Source: Yuukianura sp. NJ FZ-2021 (lineage: Eukaryota). Taken from it: a stretch of 64,000 nt of DNA. The DNA lies in contig CM102287.1 in assembly GCA_046563655.1 (NCBI GenBank), positions 8,804,001-8,868,000 of the forward strand, read 5' to 3'. The notes under the pieces are model-generated. The model saw nothing but the letters and a program-made list of their open reading frames with translations. It was not told the DNA's origin and made no database searches. The position numbers and the translations under genes are program-made. Positions 51,601-61,968 of the stretch are shown piece by piece (within the stretch, counting starts at the first letter, position 1; each line of letters starts with the position of its first letter).

Positions 51601-52387
51601 GTGCAAAGAGTGCGACTTCATCGCAAGACGTAGCAAAGGCTTGCACTATCACTCGATCGCCAAGCATTCCACCGAACATAAGTTTCCATGCACTTTTGAA
51701 GGGTGCCAAAGGACTTTCAAATTTAAACTAAGAAGAACTCTTCACTTGCGACGAGTTCATGGAGTTGGAGTCACCCAACTTTATAAGTGCAGAATATGTG
51801 CAATGGAGTTTGTCGTGGCATCGTCCTTAACGAAACATGAGCAATGTCACAGTAAAGAACGGCCATTCATCTGTGAAATTTGCTCGGCATCATTCAAATG
51901 TAAAGCAACTCTTAGGCAGCATTACAGAGTCCATAACCCGGATAAGAAAACTGGAAACAACTGGAAGTTGCAGCAACCGAGAAAACCAAGACTCAAATCA
52001 TCCGAAGCGGAACGACTGGCTCACCGCATGTTGGAGAAAGCAAAGGCAGCGAAGAAAACTTCTACTCCAGCAGCAGCAGCAACAGCAACCGGACAGATAA
52101 CAGAATCTACTGAAGATACTTCTGCCCAAGCGCAGCAAAATGACGTCCCCATGAGTGGAACTGAATCTGCATCTTCACTGAATCTTCAACAACAAGCTCC
52201 GTGTTCATCAGCAATTGCTCAAGGACATCTTCCAGAAGTGCTGCCGCCTCGCACGTCGTCGCTTGTCGAACCATCGCCAGTACTACAGCATTGGCATTCG
52301 CCCTATCCTCCTACAAACTTGGAACTCTCTACAGTGGATCCAAGAATTTGGCAACATTTTGCCAATTACAGAAATACTCCGTTCTAA
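48652..52387 (+). CDS. THAP + ZAD-like + multi-C2H2 zinc-finger protein, paralog A
   Basis: THAP: CAVADC...RFP...W...VCPDHF...LKPDAVP; exon 2 CVVC...FCSRC; long C2H2 array with HSKERPFICEIC linker. Confidence 0.85.
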
Positions 52388-52929
52388 GTTTAAAATTTGA
52401 ATTGTACTTTCTATATAGGTGTGAAGATTGTTATGAGGATAATAGTATCGATCGAATTTATTTAGGATCTAATCAATTTTAGTGTCTCGTTTTTGAACGT
52501 TTTGGAAACGTTTCATTTTCGAATCGTAATTTCCATTCCAATAATGTTCGTGTTGTTCCGATTTTAGTAAATGTAGAACCGTTAGATTTCTACAACTCGT
52601 AAGTCCTTATGATGTGAACGCTGATTGTAAGGTTGTATTTTAAATTTTATTTTTGAAAAATTTCAGGTCAAAGGTCATTTAGACATTTCTTTTGTAATTT
52701 TTATAAAAACAAAAATTTCTGCAGTAAGTTGCAAAAAATACGGTGCCCAGCTGTGACATAAAAGTGCGAAAGAGTATCGTTCAGATATGTCTGATATGTT
52801 TTAGACCAACCAATTTGTTTACGCTGTCAGTTTTTCTTTTTAGTCAGGTTAGGTTTTATTTGATAAGAAACGATTTCTAAACGAAGTTAATTAAAGTTTA
52901 ACTTAATTTAGACCAAGAATTGTGTGATA

Positions 52930-55328
52930 ATGGTTTTATACTCGTGTGCAGTAGCAGATTGCCCAAACCGGCAATCGATAAAAGTCAACTGCCAATCAAT
53001 TCAACAAGAAATAATCTATTACCGTTTTCCAGTAAAGAACAAGGCAATTTGTAAACAATGGATTACACAATGTCACCGAACGGGCAAGGGCAACCCAGAA
53101 TATCTCCGGGTATGCTCAGATCATTTCTCAGCTGATGACTTCGAACGTGACCTCAAATCGGAGTTACTTGGGCTTCAACGAAGGAAAAAGTTAAAACCGG
53201 ATGCTGTTCCCCGGTTGCATCCAAACAGGCCTGGATGTGCTGGTATCGAAGAGTCAATTACCGAGAGACAGCAAAGGCAGTTGATAAAGAAGAGGAAACT
53301 AATTGTCGATGAATTATTGAAAGGTAAGATGACACTAAAAGTAAGACTTAATAGCAAGTTTAATTAACGTTACCCTGTCGTCATGAGTTTCCTCTGTTTC
53401 CAGCTAGAGAATTGGAAGATTTAGCGAAACAAGATGAGGAGGAGGACAACATCAATGCAGATTCTGATATACGAAATCCTTTTAACGAAGGTATGTATAA
53501 GGTTTCACAACGTTAGGAACCCAATCACTTTGACGAAGGTGATCCTTACTTTGCTTTTGTTTTAGGGCTTCCGGCATTTGTTCCTGTCAACCTTGGATGC
53601 ATAATATGTGGAGACTTGAACTACCTCTCAATCAGATCATCTGAGTCGGATAAGGGATTAATGAAGGCATGGCGAGGGGGCTGGGCGAAATCTCTATGCA
53701 AGATGTTGCGGATCGGAAGTAATTATGAAGACGTGTTTTTGGAAGGGAAGTTCTGTTCACGGTGTCTAGAGATCGTCTGTACAGGAGAATCTACCATCAA
53801 ATTCTTATTACATCTTCAGAATCAGTTGACAGAAGTTGAAAATACGGTCCAGCAACTGTTTCGTACAAATCATTCTATCAAAACTGAAACTGGCGAGGAA
53901 TCTGAAGAAGACATGGAGTCAATTATGAACAGAGTGAAGTTTGAGTTGACCGGTATTTGGACTAGATCAGTCGTCCCTCCATTAGACGGTATGGAAGAAA
54001 ATGGATTATTTGTCGAAAAACTTCCAACAACTAAGAAGCTAAAGCAATTGAAGCACCGTCAAATACAAAATACAAGCAGCCCTAGTCGCCTACGCATGGA
54101 CATCCTTCGACACCAACAGAAGGCAACTCCGCGTTCACTTTTGGATATTTCGCGACCCGTCATTTGCAACATTCCGAACTGCCGAGCCAACAACACAACT
54201 TTTCCTACCACCGACAAACTCCAAGCACATTTGATACAAACACATGGATTCTCAGAAGTGGAATCCTTACCTTTCTACCAATGCGACAAATGCGAACTGA
54301 GATTCGAACACCGCAGCGAACTAGATGCTCATAAACGGCTTGCCATGTTCGACCCACGTCATGAACCAGATGATCCGGAAGACTTGTTTTGGTCTTCAAT
54401 TACTCAAGGACTTCCCGTACAAAAACAGTCTAAGAAAATCAAAATACCTGAAGATGCTAAGGACAACAACAAGCCTATGCTCCAATCCAGAAGTAACCTT
54501 TGTTCAAAATGTGGCGTATTCTTCGAGCTGTACTCGACGCTGAAGAATCACCTTCGCATGGTTCATGGCTCGACGGAACTCAAAAAATGTGAAGTGTGCG
54601 GAAAATCTTTTCGGGGGTCAACATTCCAACAAAGTGCTGCCATTCGGGTACACGAACGTCTTCATTCTGATGTCAATCCTTTCGGATGTGTATTCTGCGA
54701 CAAGGAGTTAAGATCAACAGTTGAGCTCAAGCAACATGTCAAGGACGTCCATGAAGAATTTCCTTGGAAATGCAATGTGGACAACTGTGAAAAGGCTTTT
54801 GAACTGGAACATAAATTAAAAGAACACAAGAAGAAACATTCAGTTCAGACTCAACAGCACAAATGCAAAGAATGCGAGTACACTGCAACAAGCAATGCCA
54901 AAGTACGGATTCATTGGATTGTCAAACACAGGTTAGAAATTTTGCAATTGAAAATACAATCAATATAATGTACATATTAAGAATGTAATACAATTTTGTC
55001 TCATTTAAGCACCGAGAAACAGTTTCGATGTACTGTCGATGGTTGCCAAAAGGCTTTCAAGTTTAATAGGAAGCTATCTCTTCACATGCAACTTGTCCAT
55101 CGAATTGGAATTACTAAATTTCATCAGTGTAGAATCTGTGGCAAGGAGTTTGTCAAGTCATATTCGCTAACGAAGCATGAGCACACCCACAGCAGTGAAC
55201 GTCCATTCGTCTGTCAAGTCTGCCCGGCAGCGTTCAAATGGAAAAAGAATCTCCGGCAGCACTACCAAGTCCACGATGCTGAAAAGAAGCACAGGAAATA
55301 TCGGGTTAATTACGGAAGCCAAGAGTAA
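52930..55328 (+). CDS. THAP + ZAD-like + multi-C2H2 zinc-finger protein, paralog B
   Basis: THAP: CAVADC...RFP...W...VCSDHF...LKPDAVP; CIIC...FCSRC; C2H2 array collinear with the second half of paralog A (FDPRH..DPEDLFWSS shared). Confidence 0.85.
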
Positions 55329-55674
55329 GAGTTAACAAGTCGTCAGAAGAACGATTTCCTGAGAGTTACTGAAACCGTAGGCCAAAAAGCTGCAGAGAAG
55401 CACTCCGGCGTAAGATCAGCTTTTGGCACGCAAGTCTCCTCAAACTCAATTATGTAATTACATAATAGATAGCATTTGTTCCAATTTTACTTAAATGTAC
55501 AACCGTTATGTTTTCAATAACTCAGCGTGAAGTTAAAATAGATGAGTTTTTATTCTAATTTTCAAGCACTTGACTTGACTGATGATAGTTTTTGAGGTCG
55601 AAGTTCAATTGACAATTTCTAATTTACGAAAAACGGCCCGCCTTATCTTTTCTAAGGCCACTTAGGTTACGATG

Positions 55675-56424
55675 TTATGCTGAAGGGAGAACACATTCGA
55701 AGGCAATGTTGTTCAATGAGGTATCGTCCTCTGCAAGTGTCAAAGGTCACAGGTTAAGTACATAATTGAGTTAATTACTATGATTATCGATTGATTAACT
55801 TACGTAAGTTTCCTTGATCAGGTTGGACTTGAGTTCTGAGGCCGGAGACAACTTGACCTTCAGGACAGTGCTGCTCTTCGCCCCATTGTCCATAAGGACT
55901 ACAAGAAAAATTCAAAAGTAAGTATTTTGTTTAACCATTAAAATATGTTGTTTTTTTGGTAATTGTTAATTGGTTTCGCTTATGTTTTAGTACCCTCCAT
56001 CTCCTTCGATGTAAGTGGTACTGCCTGTGCAGAAGACACGGACGTTGTTTGTAGCAGTTTCGTCTTGATAAGCATCAGGAATCTCTACTTGCAATTGGAA
56101 CCCCGTGATGAATCCTTCGTTGGGACAACGATGCCTGTTTCTCCATTCGCCCCATTGTCCGACACTGCTCTCAATGTATGGAGTCGTTGAGTTGGTTGGA
56201 TCTCCGCAGTACAGTCGAATGCCGTTGGCTGAAGTGTCGTCGCCTGGTCCTCTGATTCCTTCAACGAAGAGCTGGAATGCTTGGGCGTAGGTTCCTTCCG
56301 GACATCGGGAAAAATCTGTTGCCCAGTTTCCCCAGTTGGTTACGGGGGGTGACGTGATGACATCGCTCTGAGCGAGACCAATGACAGCGACGACGACGAA
56401 CGTTGACAGAACGAACTTGGCCAT
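55675..56424 (-). CDS. Vitelline membrane outer layer protein 1-like (VOMI beta-prism), 3 exons
   Basis: Signal peptide; WGNW, CPEGTYAQAFQL, DDTSANGIRLYC, WGEW, DETATNNVRVFC, DDTSLNNIAFEC threefold repeats. Confidence 0.9.
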
Positions 56425-57108
56425 TGTGAGTCTGGATTAACTTCAACTACTAACATTGGATCGTCTCCATGGAACACAGTTAAGTACCCAAATTAAGCAA
56501 TTGTCCTGATCGTACTATCTTAGCTCCGCCCTTGATACTTGCGAATTGCGATAAAGTTTAGAACACTCGGTGGAAAGCATGGTCACCTTGAAATGAGGAT
56601 TTCCTCATTTCGGTACTTAGCCCTCATACTCTCCAACAATTTTAAAGTTAATCGCTAATTCAAAGTTGAATTTACTGTCCATCAAACCACTTCAGTTTCG
56701 ACTTAACTTTTATTTCAAAGTTTCAAACGTGTCAGAAACTTCTGACACAAACGTTTCTAACTAAAAGTGATTAGTTGTAAACTTTTTCGCAAGCTTGCAC
56801 AAACAATGGAACATGTTAATCATTGTTAATTTAATCTGATCGAACACATTTTAGACTTTTGCAGCCTATTGTGCTCCTAATCTTGATTTCAAAATCTAAT
56901 TTTGAACTTGATTTTTTCAAATTTTGAATGCCAGTAGTTGTAGAATTCGGTTTTTGAATTTATGGAATTTTTACGAATTTAAAACAAATTGAAGGTTTGG
57001 GCTTCCAAACTTGTTTTTTATTTCATAAACATGAAATTATAAATTACAGAATTAAAATTTGAGTTCGTTTTGTGAGGTTTCTGAAGGAATGATGATTGAT
57101 TTTGTGGT

Positions 57109-57846
57109 TTAGGCGGCTGGTGAGCATTCGAAGGCGAAGTTGTTCAATGAGGTATCGTCCTCTACAAAAATTTTAAAACAAAACGAGAGGTCAGAGGTCA
57201 TGAAACAAATTTTCACTAAAATGCAACAAGTAAATGTAGGATTTGAACTTACGAAGATCTCCTTGATCTGCCTGGATTTGAGTACGGATGCCAGTGACAG
57301 CTTGACCTTGCGGACATTTTTGCTCAACTCCCCATTGTCCAAATGGACTAAGAAATTAAGTTTGTTTGAATAAATTGTAATTAATATAATATTTTACATT
57401 TTTAGGTAAACTTACCCTCCATCTCCTTCAATTGGAGTGGTCGTGGTGCTACAGAAGACTTTGATGTTGTTGGTGGCAGTTTCATCTTGGAAAGCATCAG
57501 GAATTTCTACTTGAGCTTGGAATCCGGTGATGTGTCCTCCATTGGGACAGCTATGTACGTTCCTCCATTCTCCCCATGCTCCGAAGTTGCTCGTGATGCT
57601 TGGAGTGACCGGTGAAATTGGATCTCCGCAGAAGAGTCGGATTCCGTTGGCTGAAGTGTCGTCGACTGGTCCTTTTGGCAACTCCACCAACAATTGGAAT
57701 CCCTGGGCAAAGGATCCAGTTGGACATCGCTGGAAATCATCAGCCCACTCTCCCCAATTGGTCACTTCTGGAGAAGTGATGACATCGGCTTGAGCCAGTC
57801 CGAGGACTACAACAGCAACGAACACAGACAGAGCGATTTTGGCCAT
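57109..57846 (-). CDS. VMO1-like tandem paralog, 3 exons
   Basis: Same motifs and intron positions as 55675-56424. Confidence 0.9.
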
Positions 57847-58664
57847 TTTACTTCAGTCTTGAAACGAAAGTTTCCAACTAGTGCGAAACTTTGCATGTGA
57901 GCTCAATTAAGTACTAGAAAGTGACAATGTCAAATCAGCTGTTATCACCTCCATCTGCTTCACCTGGAAATTGGCCAATCAGCGATAACATTGAGGTCAA
58001 CTCAACACTACAAAATCTAACATTGAAAACGGTTGTTTTAAACTATGCCTCACAGGAAACGGAATCTCAAGGTCATGCACTCCTTCGATTTGTGGTGTTT
58101 ATCTGATGGAATGTGTGAGAAAAAACTTCATTTTGCTTTGTTTTCTTAGTTTTGGATTTTCATTTTTTTTTAAATTCTAGATTCTCACACGTTTCATGGA
58201 TTGCGTCAAGCTGTCAACTGTTATGCTCAATTACTGCGTGTTTTTGGTGCTTTGACACATCTGACCACTCAATATGGAAACTTCCAGTTGTTCCAGTTGT
58301 TGAATGTTGAATGCTTAATCTTCTTCGGACTTCGGACTTGGAAATAACGCAAATACTCCACGGTTTAATAGTCTGAGAACAATCTGATTGGCCAATCGGG
58401 CGGCCAATCAGACTCAATTGATGTCCGTGTGACGCAATGAATCGGGTTGGATCGGATCATTTATGGTATTTTTGGACAAGATAACACTACAAGAATTGAA
58501 GAAACAATAACAAAGTTATCCAGAATTCGTCATTGTCCAGCTACCACTTCACATTTCACGTGGAGGTATGTTAGTACTTCACAATTTTATTTTTCGGCAT
58601 AACTTTGCTTTTATGGGAAAGTTAGTAATGTCAATGTCACTTTACAGGTCATAGAGGTCAGATG

Positions 58665-59170
58665 CTACGGGATTTGTGGACATCCACTGACGCTGCACTG
58701 AACATTTCCGGATGAAGGTCTCTCCACATGCTGTTTATGTAAGTGGACAGGCAGGTCATTACTCATTCCAGCAGCGACATAGCGCTTCCCGCAGTCATAG
58801 ACGTTGTAGTCCTGGTTGGAGGTCACGCGGAGGTCAAAGATCCGCACTCGATGCATTGTCCATAAGTAGCCATGGGTGCTTCCAAGCTACAATGAAATGG
58901 TGGCGTAAGTTTTTGAACTTTTTAAAAATTCCGAAGTAAGCGTACTCTAAAAGTAGAAGTTCGGAAGTTTTCTAGAATTTCCGATGGAGTGTCTGCTATC
59001 ACTGTATTGATTTTCTTCGTTCCATATTGTTGTTTACGATGTCGCTCTGGCTTCAAACTGTTCCGAAGCCAAACATTCCACTCAGTGCGAGTCATACCAA
59101 CAGCAAGCTCTGGGTCAATCAAATGCTTTCGCTGGAAAGCTTCCCAACCTGCCTCAGCGTCATCACTCAT
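58665..59170 (-). CDS. RNase A-like protein, stand-alone domain, 148 aa (exons 59170-58946, 58886-58665)
   Basis: MSDDAEAGWEAFQRKHLID...YGTKKINTVIAD...FR/LGSTHGYLWT...FDLRVT...KRYVAAGMSNDLPVHLHK; 59-nt phase-0 GT-AG intron; paralog of the next gene. Family call is from motif alignment by eye. Confidence 0.72.
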
Positions 59171-59523
59171 TCCCTAATTTTGAATTTTGAAATCTCTGAC
59201 TGGAAAAAAAAAGTTTTAAAAAACGTCACCGCATGATGACTATAAAACTCAAATTAATTCGGATTGGACAATCAAACGATACTACTCAGAAGCATTTTGT
59301 CGCCTTGAGAAATTGTAATTTCTTTTCGTTTTTTGAAAATGAAACAAAGAATGAATTTATTATTAGTTTTAGTTTTTAGACCCATTTTGGAAATTGAATT
59401 TTACAAAAAATTTACAGTTGAGTTTAGCAAAATAACGTAAAAAAAAACTATTTCTATGAAAAAATCTATCGACCATGAAAATTTTGAAAATGGCCGCGGT
59501 AATTTTGAGATGAGTGTTTTGTT

Positions 59524-60791
59524 TTAAGAAACTTGGTTACATCCTTTTACAGTTGACTGGACATTTCCAGTGACCGGTCTGGACTGGAAGTGTCTATGAA
59601 GATGTACAGGGCGGTTTTCGATCATTCCGGCAGCGATGTGTCTATCTCCACAGTAGAACACATTGTAACCATTGTTTGCAGTCAAACGAAGGTCAAAAGT
59701 ACGAACTGCATAAGATGTCCAGAAGTAGTTCCCGCCACTACCGAGCTAAACAAGAGCAACACGAATTTTTAACTAGGCTAATTGAAAAACTAATACAAAT
59801 TGGATCCATTTCAGTTTAAACCCGGAAGTTGGAGTTTTGGAAATTTGCCAACAGTCGCTCTGGAGTATCTGCGACGACGGTATTGATGTTCTTGACACCA
59901 TAACGCTGCCGCTCATTGGTCTCAGAGGATAGACGATTGTAGAGCCAAGTATTCCATTCGGCTCGACTCATGCCAAGAGCAAGAGTGGGATCGACGACAT
60001 GTCGACGTTGAAAATCATTCCAACGCTCCTCCCCTTCTGGACTACTGCAAAATGGCAAAACGTAAGTGTTTTTTAATGTTTGTTGCAAACAGTTTAAAAG
60101 TAAGTTGCATTGTTTATTTGTTTAACATAGTCTAACCTAACAACTTCAGTTGAAGCGGCAGGAACGGGAGTACTAGTTGTGGACGGAGAAGGCACTTCAG
60201 CAACGCTGTCATCAGCTTCATCTTCTGTCGTTTCACTAGAACTTTCCTATTTAGAAAGGATTTTTGACCTGTTTGGCTTTTGACGCAACATCACAAAACC
60301 GTCAGTATTTTGGTAAAATAAGCGACGTACAGATCGAGTTTTCTTCGCGCAAGGCTGTGCTGCTTGGCCTTGTTGTTTGCGTTTCCGTCCGCGTTTTGGT
60401 ACGCATGAGCTACTGCCATTTACAGACGAACGTCTCAGTTGAGCTTGAGCAACGCTGGCTCCTTTTGGAGTCGAAGCGATGGATGACCTGCGTCGTCCTT
60501 GGAAGACACTCAGTCTCTTCTTTTGAGCAAGTGAAGATCTGCGCCAACGGCGCTGTCCCTGGAATACGCTGGTGTTCCGAGTCTGACTCAGATTCAGCGA
60601 AGATCGACGCCATTTTTTCTGTCCCTTGTAGACACTCGGGCGCCGTTTCTGAAATTGAAAATGAAAGAATTCTTGTTAGCTGGCAAGGATAACAAAGTGG
60701 CTTTGTGTACAAACGGCTTTACCTTCAGATTCTTTGCCACTAGGAATGTCTTATTGCATTGTTTGCCGCCATTGCGTTTGCGTCCGGCCAT
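59524..60791 (-). CDS. RNase A-like protein with basic/acidic disordered N-terminus, 313 aa (exons 60791-60723, 60648-60331, 60246-60137, 60044-59822, 59745-59524)
   Basis: All four introns are GT-AG and in phase; domain WNDFQRRHVVD...YGVKNINTVVAD...FR/LGSGGNYFWTSY...FDLRLT...DRHIAAGMIENRPVHLHRH. Confidence 0.72.
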
Positions 60792-61968
60792 CGCTAATTT
60801 CCATCAATTTGGTGACCAACCGAATCCGAATGTCGGATTGAGTCACCACAGTCGAAAAAGGACTTAACACTTTCGAATTTCACGGCGGCAAACAAAAACG
60901 ACGCGTGATGTTCAAGAAATTGACTAATGCCCCCTAAACGAATTTTTAGCATATCGTTTCATATCCCATTTCGAAAGTTCGTTTCCAACCGAAGCTGCTA
61001 AATTTTACGTCGTCATAGCAAAAGATAATTCACACAGTGCAGTGCGAGAGTGAATTTGAAGTTAAATTAAAATTGATCTCAACCTTCTTGTTAGTAAAGA
61101 GGTAACATCATGCATCAGAGAATGAGTATACTTGGTTTTACACCGCGACATCACCATATACAACTTTGCATGCTGTACAACATTACATGCAAGAATTTTC
61201 TGTACAATGGTTCAACAATGAATGATTAAGGATGGTTTTAATTAACAATGATTTACTTACAATCAAGTTATTGGCTGGAAAAGTCGTAGTAGGGGTTAGG
61301 GTTTGGGGCGAAGTGAGACAGCGTTACAAAGCCGGGATAAATTGGCGGGCTTTGAGGTATTTAATTTCTTGTCTGAACCGAAGCATACTCGTAACTGCAT
61401 ACCCGCTCCTGGCCGTATTTGGGCAACACAATTGTATGAGTTACTAATTAACAGTAATCGTTTCACTGTTATTAAGTAACCTAGTTTATTTAATTAATTG
61501 TAATTACTGTTGTTAATGAACGTGCGTATGAATTAATTGAAAGCTCAGTTAAGACTCAATTTGTTAAACTAGATTTTTAGTGTTTGCCCAACCCTGTGGG
61601 GTGTGTGACGTAAGAGTGTCCGTTAGTTTTACCGAAATTATTTACAAAAAGAAGAGGGAACGGGAAGTGGAAAGTAAAGTGGATCGCCGATTTCGGATTT
61701 TATTTTAATTAGTTTGAGTTTGAGTAAACTAATTACTACTAAATTACCCACGCAATAAAGTCACATCTGATATACACTCTCTGAACTTGCCAGGTTTGGT
61801 CCGGGGTGGCAATTCTCAGGCCGATCCTTGGGAACTGTGCTAAGACAGTGACCTGTCACCAGTCCTTTGGAATTGGATTTGGACATAAAGAAGACTGTTA
61901 CTGTTACTCTACTGGACACTGACTGATACTCTACAGAGAAGAGAAGGCTGATCCTTTGGAATTGAAAA

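Noticed and set aside
48652..53323. THAP exons as autonomous P-element transposases
   Set aside because: They splice in frame to zinc-finger exons; no transposase catalytic domain or TIRs seen.
58214..58417. 67-aa ORF and clustered CCAAT motifs
   Set aside because: No ATG start, motifs or clear splice context; the CCAAT cluster cannot be tied to a transcription start.
59171..59300. Upstream signal-peptide exon for the short RNase A-like gene
   Set aside because: There is an acceptor 3 nt before the ATG, but the nearby ATG/donor combinations I tried gave stops or the wrong phase; a more distant phase-0 exon cannot be excluded without cDNA.
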